Of a stretch of 64,000 bases of DNA, positions 1 to 11,390 are shown piece by piece (positions within the stretch are counted from its first letter, which is position 1; each line of letters begins with the position of its first letter). The position numbers and the translations under genes are program-made. Source of the stretch: Eutreptiella sp. 'Long Island Sound 2002' (taxonomy: Eukaryota; Protista; Euglenida); assembly GCA_964036045.1 (NCBI GenBank), contig OZ038378.1:17484001-17548000 (forward strand), written 5' to 3'. The notes under the pieces are model-generated. The model was given only the letters and a program-made list of their open reading frames with translations. It did no database searches and was not told where the DNA came from.

Positions 1-1005
1 AGCGGATGGGGAAATGGGAAGACAACAACTGAGGACACAGCACTTCCCCTACCTGCATGGTTACGTCTCAGCAGTGCTGTGTGGCTGTGGAGGCTGGTGC
101 TTATCCCCTTTGCAGTGGGTGAGCGTCTGTGAATTGGATGTATGTCTCACTGATGTCGAAGTAGGTGTCGTCTACATGTGGTGAGATCAGGTCAGGGGGA
201 GTAGGGGAAGGGGGCACCTCTGTCAGGTGGGTCTCGTCTCCTCATTTCGGTATGGGTATTGGAATGCTGTTGTGGACAGCAATATTTTTGTCCTAAAAAA
301 AGAGCAAAGACTCTTGGGTGTTCCAAAGGAATAGTCATTGCTTTGATTCATGTGTAGATCTTGAGATCCTTGGTAAAGCAATGGTATAGTCAAAAGCCAT
401 GATCAACTGCATGTGCATGTGCCTTCTCTGCTGTGGTCATCACTATTTCATCCAGCAGTTCCATGAAGTTTTCAACAGGATCATTTGCAGAAATAGACGA
501 CGCCTATCATAAATATGTGTTTTTTCCTCGCTATCTTCGAAGAAACTTGTGTAGCTTTTCCTGTCATGTTTTCTTCGGCAAATGCAGGTACCCCCCCCCC
601 CCCGTGGCTTGATTTGTTCCGCCGGGTATCGAGACCTAATCAGCAAAGGAGCACCTCTCTTTCCTTTGTGTATGGATAGGCTGGTTTGGCTCCACAGAGG
701 CGTGTTCCGTTTGTGGTACCAAGGAGGCGTGGTTTGCAGTCACAGAGCCCCGGAGATCCACTGCGAGTTGAACAACACCATCCTGATTCCCAGACGGATG
801 CACAGCTGCGTGTGGCATGTGTACAACACCCAGCAGTTGTCCAAGACCCGCTTTGTCTCAGTCATGGATGCTCTATAAAATTCCGACGTGGTGCCAATAA
901 GCATGGGGGGCTGATGAATCTAATGTTCAGTAATACAACATGGCTTTTGTTACTCCCCCTCACCTTATCCGCACCCTTGTCTAAGGTAAGCCTTTGTCCA
1001 AGGTA

Positions 1006-1487
1006 CCCCCCCTTGAAATCTCCCCCCCTCTTGCAACCCCCCCCCCCCCCCCCGCGGGGGGGAGATCTTCACTTCACTTTGTTGCTAGGCAATATCTGTT
1101 GCGGTGGTTTATGTTCCCATCTGTCGCACACACGTTCTTGCTTGCTTTCCCTTTACTTCGAATCAGTCACCTGTGTGTATTCTGTGATATTCTCTCTCTA
1201 ACAGCGGTGTGCAGGGTGTCGTGCATTCTCGTTCCCAGAAATTCTTTATCGTTCCTTTGGACCCCCAATAGCATCCGTGTTACATGAATGACGTTGGCAG
1301 AGCATCAATGCAAAAGTCGCTTCACTTGCGTTCTGTTTGCTTGCATCAGTGGAGGGTGCCACAGTTTGCCTTGAAATACCCTTGCAATCCCCCCCCCCCC
1401 AGGGGGGGAGACCGTCACTTGGCGACCGTCTCCCCCCCCCCCCCGGGGAGACCGTCGCGCGCTACGGGGGGAGATTTTAAGGGGGGG
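1006..1487. mobile_element. Putative MITE with ~22-bp imperfect TIRs (TA-type flank)
   Basis: CCCCCCCTTGAAATCTCCCCCC at 1006-1027 is the reverse complement (1 mismatch) of GGGGGGAGATTTTAAGGGGGGG at 1466-1487. Flanks are TA (1004-1005) and TG (1488-1489). The internal motif TTGCAA-polyC-polyG-AGA..TCACTT occurs twice (~1031, ~1382) and again at ~13045 and ~13452. Confidence 0.45.
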
Positions 1488-1749
1488 TGTCTGAGGTGCA
1501 GTGGGCGTACACGCTACACAATTTTGACGTTTGGAACCATATACAATGTTGCAGCAAGACAAGTGGGTTTCGGGCTGAAATTGTGTGGAGATGGCGAGGG
1601 TACGGTGAGAGTTGTGGTGTGCATTAGTCCTCGGGACAGGCCTTTGCTCAGTAGAGTGGACACCCCAATGGGCGGGGGGCGGGTCGTGCCTGCCTTATTC
1701 ATGCCGTCCCCCCTCCCGTCACCTTCCCTTCCCTGTGGCTGAGAAAAGA

Positions 1750-4440
1750 CCTGACCCCAGGAGAAGACAATTATAAATGAATATTTGCAGTTTGTTGTAA
1801 CGTCGGATCACGCACCGGATGAAGGATGGGCATGCAAGTGTGTCAATGCTGCCCACACACAATGCAGTCTTGTCCAGGGCACATTGCGCTTCCGGACTGC
1901 ACGAATGTGGGACTGGCCGGAGGGGTAAGGATGGGACGAAGGGCAGCAGGGCAGGGGGCCGGTTGCGTCTGTGGTGCATCGCCATACAGTTTGATGAGCT
2001 CTGTGCGATGCCTTACAACCTGAGATACAGATAAGGCCTCCCAACGACCGACCGCAGTCCCCCCACAACAGTGCGCCCGTGAAGGGCACTGAATGCCTGG
2101 TGATGCCAATTTGTAGCTACAGATGATGCCTGATTTAGGGCAGAACGGAACCGAGGCATTGCAATCTTCCAATCATTGCCCCTGAAGGGTCACGATCTTG
2201 CCAACAGCACATCCCATCAAGGCGAGAGATAATAGCGGACATGAATCAGCCCTGTGGCCATGTGGCCATGTGTTGTTTGAAGCCCTAACCTGCGCATATG
2301 ATCCTGCTGACCCGGCCTCACCAACCTCCTCACAGCGGCATCCCCTGCCCCCTGTTCTCAGCCCCAACACATATGCAGTTACATGCCTCCGGGTGAACTG
2401 TTCCTGAGCTTGTCTTGCAGGGCTTTGTACAACCAAGGTCAGTCTTCTGGAGATTGCGTTCACACTGTTTTTCTGCCAGCCGCGCATGTCTAACACTTGA
2501 CGATAGGCTTGTAGTTGTATGCATGTTGTGTTGTGGGGGAATTTGAGCAGCACGCTTACCCAAGATGGAAGATTTCGTTGACCTCTCCCCTGCATTACAG
2601 CTGGATGAAAGAAGGGTATGATGGTTGATGTTCTTTTATGTGCCTGTGTTTCTTGAGAGCAGTTGGGAGTGTCTTGCTGCCCTTTTGTTGTGCTTTTCCT
2701 CCAGCCCCAACTGAAGCGCTGAGGGCAGTGGTTTTGGTGCTTGTGAACAATCGGGCGCCTTTGGCGCCCAGGCACCTTCGGCGCCCATGAGCTCCTTGGG
2801 CTGGTACCTTTGACAACTAACTGTTGGCCGGAGGCCCTGTGGGGGGGATTTGGCGTCCTAGGACCTGCGGAGTCGCCCCCCCCCCCCCCCCCTTGTGGAT
2901 TCACGATTTGTCAAGGTGACAATTCCCTCACCGTCACCCCTGAAGCACCTCTGCCACATGGAGGAATGTATTGCCCAAGGTTGCCATTTGCAACACAAGA
3001 AGAGAAAGTTTGCCCCAGGGCTATTATCCCCAAAACCTGCCCCCACAAAATGCTCCTTTAGAGACAACCCTGGAAAACCTTGGAAACCCTGAGACAAGGA
3101 GACCGTGTAGACGAGTGCCCCTTTGGGGAATCGGTCGAACTTGGGGAATTAGGTGGACTAGGGGGACCAAGCGAACGACACGGAAGGGTGGACATGCGAC
3201 AGCCCTGTCGTGGTCAGCAGTGGAAGTACCCCACGTGTAGGGGATGTGCTGGAACTCATTCCGATGTGTGGGCTGGCGACTAGGTCAGCTGCCCACCACA
3301 GAACATAGGGGTAGATCTGATGCAGGATGTCGGGCGCCACATGCAGGGTGTTGAGGGCCTAGCAGGCATGTCAAGGACGACCGCCCATTGCCCCGCCCCA
3401 TCCTTCTTGTGCCACTCCGCCCACGGCGACCGGAGCTGTGGCAGTAACCGCTGCGAAATAGGATCTATCACTAGCTTCGAATATTGTGTGCCCCGGAACT
3501 CAGGTGACTGATCCGCCTCAGTAAGACCGAGCAACTGCCTTAGCCTTGCTCGAAACGAATTTCCGTGAATGCGTCGGAAGAAAGGATTCCACCTTAAGAG
3601 CAGCTCCCGAGAGGTAGCGTCTGCGCGAAAGCCAAAAGTGGAAGAGACTGAGCTATGGCCACCGGGTAGTGGGTAATGATCAGTATCCCCGTGGCAGTCT
3701 TCACATCGGCAGTGACCGACGGCAAAACGCCATTGATAGTAAGTATAACTTGTAGCTCGCTCACAGCATAGAGCTCCCCCTCCAGTGTGAGCCAGCGCCA
3801 AGTGTCACACAGATGACTGGGCACCGCCCCCGTGGTGTCGCTGAGTGTTCTGATAGCTTCATGTAGTGCAGGCATAGGGACATCTGTCGTGTAGTCACAC
3901 AGTAGCGATTACAGACGCGGCTCAGTGCTGCGCTCCAAAAGGTGTAAGAACCGGCCAGGGAGGTCAGTGAGAGATGCAGGCAAAGGAGGCATGTTGGACT
4001 GAGACCAGAGACAACACGATCACGGGGATACTGCGCCGCAGGTAGTAGGGCAAGTGGTTAGACAATACCAACGTTGGGAGACATAGCAGATGACCCCACT
4101 GGCGGTGTTCCCCCCCTCTATTGTCGTGACCGCTGTCAGCAGTCTGGCCACCGCGCAAGGCGGGGATGCGGAGAGGAAGGTTCAGCCCCTAGTGGTGTCA
4201 GGCACATGCAAACGCCGGCGCGCAGCAAAGGTGTGCCACCCGGCCAGGCATCGACAAGGGCTGGTTAGCAGTAGGCGAAGAGAACCCCCTACACTCTAGT
4301 AGCAACGTAACCCCTGCCTTCTTGCACATCACCACATGGCCGGTACGTTTGAGAACCCGGGGGGTGCCCAAAAAAGTATGGATGTCTGAAGAAAGGGAAA
4401 GAAAGAACGTACTATGTGGCCAGTTTTGGGACTGCATTGG
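1750..4440 (-). mobile_element. Highly decayed non-LTR retrotransposon (APE + RT remnants)
   Basis: Minus-strand motifs in the expected order: KAGVTLLL...GRVAHL (APE-like, ~4330-4220), VRPIP (~3150), SQGFQGFPGLSLKEH (RT Q.GF motif, ~3095-3050), GQGMPL (RT QG.PL, ~2345), SYAQV (possible decayed YADD, ~2295). Many stops and frameshifts; boundaries approximate. Confidence 0.4.
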
Positions 4441-4854
4441 AGCCGAGGAAAAGCTCCCAATGCACGATCTTCACTTCGCAACCACACCGAAGCGTGGGAG
4501 TTCATCACCCCAACTCAAGGGGCCCCACCAAAGTGTGGGAGTCCATCGCACTTTGTGTTCCCCAAAGTTGGGAGAAATGGCCTTGTTGGCAACACGAAGG
4601 GAAGATTTTCAAGTTGTATTTTGTTTTCAGTGGTTGGCCCTTGAGGGAAACTCGCTGCGCGGGGCGCGTGGGACACCTTTTACACACCTTTTGTACCAGC
4701 GCATGTTGCTGTGTTGCAAAGGGGGGAGTAGGGGATGACAATCTGCTGCATTGTTGGTGTGCCTCCTATTGCACCGCTCATGTTTTCTGCAAACATGTTT
4801 GTGCAGTACATGCACACCACTGGTGACACCGACGCTGTTAGAGCGCGCATTGTT

Positions 4855-5550
4855 GGACCGCCCATGGTCCGGCACTTCCGGGCCAAAACCCAGCAAGGAG
4901 GGGGGGGGGGTCGGCGTAAAGGGTCCGGTCCCGGCGCCCCCCCCCCCCCCGTGCGCCAAGCTCCGCGGGGGTATCAACTTCCCCGGCCGCAGTCCACACC
5001 GCCAAAGATAGCTCAGGCAAACGGGGAGTGCGTAGTAACTCATGCGGAGAACACATGGACATAGGATCTCTCAACCCCGAAGCCAGGTGCAATGCCAATA
5101 TAGAAGCCGGTGCCCATGGGGGCAATGCAAGATCCATCACCTGACCCACCATTTCCTCTTCACGAATCAGCAGTGTAGACACCTCGAGCACTCGTGGTGC
5201 TTGCTCAGCAGGGATTTTGCGGACTTTAACATTAGCGGGAGAGCCCACGAGAAACTTTTGTTGCCGAAGGCGCCCTAAGGAAAATTTGCTTGACTTAGTA
5301 GAGGGTGAAATGAGTTTTCACCCCATGTGTCTATACTCAAAATACTTAGTTTTTTTTAGGAGAACCCCATAGTGGATGAAAACCAAATTGGACCAAATAT
5401 CAATACCACTGCTGTGCATAGGTTTGACAGAGATGAGCCATACCCTAGTGGGTAAAGCAGTGCCTCTGCAACGGTGAGGACCTGAGTTCAAACCCCAGTG
5501 CGGTCAATCTGCAGGACTGCAGGACCAGGGACACCATGGGAAAATTTTTG
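4855..5550. repeat. Dispersed repeat family shared with 31960-32340
   Basis: 5265-5550 aligns in the same orientation with 32050-32340 (AAGGCGCCCTAAGGAAA..TTGCTTGACTTAGTAGAGGGTGAAA...). 4860-4950 is the reverse complement of 31960-32047. Confidence 0.75.
5436..5506 (+). pseudogene. tRNA-derived segment (tRNA-Cys-like; SINE-head-like) inside a dispersed repeat
   Basis: A-box-like TAGTGGGTAAAGC, anticodon-loop-like CTGCAAC (GCA), B-box/T-arm CTGAGTTCAAACCCCAG. Acceptor stem is degenerate. A diverged second copy lies at ~32223-32293. Confidence 0.45.
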
Positions 5551-6215
5551 TTTTTGTTTCTTTTGCTTTTTTTTTTTGCTTTGACTTTGTCCCCTTTGTT
5601 GGGGATCTCTGAGAATGCAGGGGTGATGTAGCATTTCCGCCCACTTGTGGGCCCCACCAATTCTGATTTTGTTCCCCATGTCTTTGGGGATCCCCGAGAA
5701 TGAAGGGGTGATGTAGTTATGAGGCGGTCATCTTATGCCATATTTGTCAGGGTATGAAGCCTGCCCCCCCCCCCCTTTCTTGGCAGCCCCCCTTCCCCCC
5801 CCCCTTCCCCCCCCCAAACCAAGCCCCCCCCCCCCCGCCCTGAAAGTGGTCCGAGAGTGGGAGGGAGTCGGCGTATGGCCCGTTGCTACGGCCCCCCCGT
5901 GGCTTGGCGGGTTTTTGGTTGACGATGCCTTCTCCCCTCTTCCAACCAACTCTGCGGCTCGCGCCACGAAAGAGGTCCTGGATAAGTTGGTGGACGGGGA
6001 CTCTGTGCCCATTGACCTGCTGTCGCAGTTCGAGGCAGTGGTCTAGCTAGGGGCTGTTGAAAAGGAGGACACTCAGCTGTGTAAATTGCCCGAACAGCAT
6101 CGTCGGACGTGCGAAACCTTGCAAGCGACACAGGATGCGCTGCTTTCGGCGCGTCAAGATCTAGTGCATCAAAAGAAGTTGCACAGCAGTACCACGGAGC
6201 GTCTGCAGTCTCGCA

Positions 6216-7719
6216 TTGATGATCTTCAAGTCCAAGTTACCAAGTTGGTATAGACCCTGGATCGCAAACGTGCCACCGCGGAGGCGACGGGGGCTGTTGA
6301 CACACACATTCAACCGGCTGCGAAGACCCTGCTTTCTCTCGCTCGCAAACCCCCCCCCCCCCCCCCAAGGCACACAAGTGCCCGACGCCCTGCAGTCGGC
6401 TTTGGAGAAGCTGCGTCCTGCAAACTACCCACGGATTGACAACCATCATGCGGCGTGGTATCCGTCTCTGCCGGTTCTTTTGACGGCTTGGGTAGCGAGG
6501 GGGTCCCTGTCCTTCCAAGATTTGCAGCTCTTCTTTGCACAATTCGAGTCCACGCTTGATATGCCCCCGCCGAGTACGACTCCAGCACTAAGGCCTCCCC
6601 CGGAGTCCCCCATTGTGGTCCTCACGGGCACTGACGATCCAGTAATCCCAGCCTTGCCGCCCAAAGCAAGCGAGTCCGCGTTGACTGAGGCGGCAGTTTC
6701 TGTGAACCGTGAAGCGGGTCATGCCTCCGATGGCGTGCCTCCGGTACTGAATGGATTCCTCACCTCGCTCAATGCGGTGGAAGACAAGAAAGTGGGAGGT
6801 CTTGCACGAGCCTTTCACTTAGCCATGCAAGTGGCGGGATGCGATGTGCCCAACTTCCCACATGACTCGCTACGGCGACAGTGGGAACGCCTTCGAGCTT
6901 CTCTGCCCTTGAAGCCCACCGTCACTCAGGCGGTTGCAGACTTCGTCAAAGCCCATCCTCAAGATGACCCCTCCGTCCCGGCTGTCGACCATGGCCCGGC
7001 AGTACAGGCACAGAAAACCAATCAATCCACGGGTGGTCGGGGTTCTAGGGGGTGGGCGCACTGCGACCCGGCGCAGTTCCCTGTGGGATGCAATGTCCAG
7101 TGGACTCCTCTCTCTAACCCTCCATCTCAGCCCATGTGTGCGAGAGTGCTAGCCGGTTTTTCTGCGTTCCCATTTTCATGATAACCTTTGCACTGTTTTG
7201 GATGAGTATGTTCGAGCAAAAGTTTCCTTTGCTACCCTTGGGGTCCGCGAGGAGGCCCAGGCACTGGTGGAACAAGGGGGTTCAGTCACACGAGGTGGCT
7301 AGAGGGTGCAGTGGCAGAAGTCCTACCGACAGCCCTGGACCCCCTACACGGGTCGGGGGAAAGGCCGGTCAAATCATCGGGCTACCTCGGGCACGTCTGC
7401 CGCACCCACGCCCCGCGGGGGTGAGACGGTGGCGGCGCCTCCCGCCCCCGCCCCCAGGCACACAGAAAGTACGGAGGAAGGAGAACGACGCCGTGACAAG
7501 CGGTCCCGTTCGGAGACGCGAGAGCATTCCCGCTCCCCTTCACGAGAGCGCAGGTCCCGCCGGCACGGCGGGTCTCGTCGGTCCCGGTCTCGGTACCCGC
7601 CGTCGCGGTGGCCGCGACACGTCGATTCCTACTACGGTGCTCAATACCTGCACAACCCCATGACTTCCCCCACGCCCCCCCCCCCCTTCAGTACGGGGCG
7701 ACTTATGGGTACCTGCTAG
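6216..7719 (+). pseudogene. ORF1/gag-like region of element #1 (Pro-rich, then Arg/Ser-rich), frameshifted
   Basis: ORFs 6216-7181 and 7306-7719 (RSRSETREHSRSPSRERRSRR) lie directly upstream of the APE ORF on the same strand. No recognisable domain. Confidence 0.45.
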
Positions 7720-7846
7720 CACACAATGGTGCAGTCACTCCCACCCCCACGTACCAGTCACATCCCCCCACATTGGGCCAGAGTCTCCTCCCGTCACCGG
7801 GAAACGGACAAGCGACATATCCCAGCCCGGCAAACATGCCACAATT

Positions 7847-9277
7847 GTGACCTCAAGTACAATAGACCAATTTTTTAGGCCTCAAGAGCCTCCAGGTTCA
7901 CTGAAACCGGTGACTAATTGTGTGTTGCAATTACCCCTTGAAGCGGGAAATCAGCAGTGGGGGCATGTGCCGGACCGACATCAGTTAATAGGACACGTGG
8001 CACTCCCCCTCTCCTTGGTCTCGCTGATGCCGGCACCAGGGGCACTGACAAATGTTACTCTTGTTCGCGTGCGTTTTGGCTATACCGGTCTGCGTGCTCA
8101 ATGGAGTTCACACGGTGTGGTGTATCAACTTTTCGGCCAGGCAGTAGCGAGTCTACAAGACCGTTTTGCACGGGATAGGGTCTTCCCCTTGGAGGAAGGG
8201 AGTGTGTACTACCTCCCTTCAGAATTTTTTTCTCGAGCCCAGCTCAGCCTTGCGCCGGTTACCACGGGGTCCCTCACCCTCCTGTTAACGGTCCTTAACC
8301 CAGTTACCCTTCGGCGTCTCCTGCACAAGGTACGAGGCCCGGTCCACGGGTCTCTGCGCAATTTCCAGATGGCCCTGTCCTCCCTACAGGCACTAGAGAG
8401 TGACCCCCAGCCGAAAACCCAGGTTTCGGTGGCAATGCCAACTGGGTTTGACTTGCTCACACTGAATGTGGAACACACAGTCAAAACTAAAGTGATGGCT
8501 TTGAGGCAGTTGCTGCAATGGTCCGAATACCCGGCAGTGGTTCTTTTGCAGGAGACAGGGATATTGCCCCCCCGTTTCGTGTTTCACTGTCTGTGCTGCC
8601 ATACTTTCACGGTGGTCTCTTCTTCTTCCGCCGGTGTTGCCATCCTTTTTCGCCGAGATTCCCAGCTACACATCGGAGACTTCGTGCACCATCTAGAAGG
8701 CAGGGCCATAGTGTTAGAGCTTGTTCCCAAGGGCACACCGGTTCAAGTTGTCAACGCGTATATGTCCGCCGAAGGCACAGCTAAGGAATATCGTCCCTTA
8801 TTGCAGTGGTTGCGCGCTCACGTCGCCCCCGACTCACAGCTAGTTCTCATGGGAGGAGACTTCCAGTGCAACCCAGGGTGGTCGGCGGACTGTGTGTCCG
8901 TCAACACCGAGATTGCCCCGGTGTTGTCTGAGTTCGCTGCCGATATGACTCTGCTTCCGTTCACCCATGGCATGTCTGGGCGCACATGGGTAAGTGCGCA
9001 GAGTTTCGTAGGTGCATTGGACTTTTTCCTTAGCCGCCGTGTCCCTCCGGAGATTGGCACTGTTCGTGTTGAAAATGAATCTGTCTTCTCGTCGGACCCC
9101 TACCCGGTCCGACTTTGCTTGCACACTCTTCCAGCTTTGGTACCACCCGGAAACCCTGCCTCCAAAGCACGATTTAACTTGGGGACCAGTGTGTGCAAGT
9201 GGCAACAGGAGACCTTTGCAGATAGTTGCACTGGCCTCCGTTCACTCCCTCCGGCTACCACGCCGGAAGCATATTGA
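7847..9277 (+). pseudogene. APE-type endonuclease of element #1, with a ~200-aa unknown N-terminal extension
   Basis: LLTLNV, LLQETG, SAGVAILF, VVNAYM, MGGDFQ, ALDFFL, SSDPYPV match the exonuclease-endonuclease-phosphatase motif order. Confidence 0.9.
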
Positions 9278-9546
9278 CATTTCGTGAGTGTCCTGAGCAC
9301 AACAGCAGAGGCGGTTTTGGGACCACCGAGTACCCTAGATACTGTCCCTGGTGTGGTGTCTGCAGCGGCACGAGTCCTGCATGCCTTGCTCAAAGCACAC
9401 CGCCTCTGGTGGCTGGCCGCGCCCTTAGTCCATAAAGTGATTGCCGCCCGGAGAGCAGTTCGGCAGGCGTGGGACGTGGTAGGATTAAAGATTGAAGCTG
9501 GTTGGGGCGCACATAGCCAGCCAGTACGTGCCACTCCTGGCTCGAG

Positions 9547-10083
9547 TTGGATTGTTGCCATGCACGCAGTTTGCATTGCACGCTTCCTCCAGTGGCAGAT
9601 TTGCTCCATGTGCTGCATGACTACGTTTGGTTCCGTTTCCTTCGTCGAAAACGTGTGTGCTTAGTGGTGGACGATGTTCGGCATGCGTATTTGTCTGTAG
9701 TTCACGATACCCTGCGGTGTTTGTTGCGACTGGCCGGTGTTCTGCAGGTAGTCATGGATTTGCTACTACTGGCCACCACCAAGGCCATAGTTCACATGGG
9801 TGGATCCGGTGGGGTCACCGAGGCGCTTGCGCGCTTACTGGCCGGCGTGGCGCAAGGATGCCCGGCGTCGGCGATGGTGTTTTGTGTAGTGGCAGAAGTG
9901 CGCGCCTTCCTTGCACTCCTTCGAGTGCCTCCGTGTTGGGGACCCGGCGGGCCTTTCAACGGACTAGGGTATATGCATGACACCATGTGGTGCATAGATT
10001 CGGAGTATGACCTACCGCTGTTTGCGGACAATCTGCAGCGAGCGGGACTCAAGACAAACCTTTTTTCTTCCGTTCCTAAATAG
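9547..10083 (+). pseudogene. Reverse transcriptase core of element #1 (decayed)
   Basis: VDDVRHAYLSVVH (D..KAFD.V.H), GVAQGCPASAMVF, and YMHD in place of YxDD. The PG.DG and YRPI subdomains appear to be missing just upstream. Confidence 0.85.
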
Positions 10084-10964
10084 CTGTTAGTGATCGCCTC
10101 GTGTGAGGGCTTCCAAGTCAATTTTCATCCGCTGTTTGTGTACATGGGTGGGTCGCGCATGCCCGTACATCAAGGACCCGGGTACGTGCGTATAGTGGGC
10201 TGGCACCTATTCCCCCATGTCTACCACAAGGTAGACAAAGTTACTTTTCACTGCTAGCCGGCGTGTTTCAAGAGCGCTTGCCATGGTTTGGCTTCCCTCC
10301 AACTATCCGTGTCAGATGCATAGTGCAGTCGCCGGTGGGCAACAGCGCTGGCAAGCAGGAGTACGTCCTCCGACGTACAACTCCATGTTGGTAGCAGACC
10401 AAGCCGCGGCGTTAGTGCTGCGCGCGGTTACTGGATGGCATGCTCTCCCATCAGCCTAGTTTTTCCAGCCCCTTGCCTCCGGGTGGGTGGGGATTGAACC
10501 GGCCATAGTGGCGGTAATCAGTCAGCTCCTGCACACCTATTGGAAGCAGTAGCGCCACACTAATGTCATGGTGCGACGCAGCACACAGCATGGCCTGTAC
10601 GAAGCCATGCAGCGCTTCCACCCCGATATGCCTTGCGTACGCCGCGGCCTCTCCAGGCATTGCAGGGTTCACAACACAGATCACGGCAGATTCGTGCTCT
10701 ACATGCATTTGCTCGACCTTCGCATCAACCTACCCCCGGTCCACCCAGAACAAGGGGCGGACCATGTCATGTGCCGGCCGGTGCATCCTTGGCAAGCCGC
10801 TGCGATCCATGAGTGGATGGACGCGGGTTACTTCAGTTTGCGTGATGCGCATGCAGCCGGTTGGCCGCTGGCGCCGTGGCAGTGGGGCTTGGAGAACCTC
10901 TCTCCATGGCACGGGGTGTCAGTGCCTTTGCAACCGGATGTGCCCGTCTTGCGGTCCCTTGCCA

Positions 10965-11390
10965 TTGTGCTTTGTAACGGACGGTTCGTGGTTCCGCTCC
11001 CACTGTTGTGGAGGTGCTTTCGCGGTGGTTTGCTTGGACACCCTCACGTGGGTGGTCTACCCGGTGTATGTCACATGGACCACTCTTATGCGGTGGAAGT
11101 GTACACTTCCTGGGTACTGTGTCAGGTCAAACACACTTTGCTTGCCTCGGGTTCGGTGGCTTGCGCTACGGCACGGAAGCTTTACAGACTCCAAGTCTTT
11201 CATACAGGCACTATGCAGCCGTCGCCTAGAAGAGCTGGGCGCGGGGTTGGTCGATCTCTTGCTTGCAGACTGTGTCAGGCTTGCCGGTCAGTTCCCTCCA
11301 CCTCAGCATCTCTACTCTCATCAGCAGGGCACCTTTCTAGACTTGGTTTTAGATGATGTTGATCGGGAGGCCAAGGCACAGGCGCTGCGC
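10965..11390 (+). pseudogene. RNase H domain of element #1 (frameshifted)
   Basis: FVTDGSW, DHSYAVEV (alternate frame), FTDSKS, HLYSH, DDVDREAK give the D-E-D-H-D pattern of RNase HI. Confidence 0.8.

Noticed and set aside
582-1201. Protein-coding gene at the window start
   Set aside because: Overlapping short ORFs with no recognisable motif or consistent splice structure.
5436-5506. Functional tRNA-Cys gene
   Set aside because: Acceptor and anticodon stems pair poorly, and it lies within a dispersed repeat with a more diverged copy.
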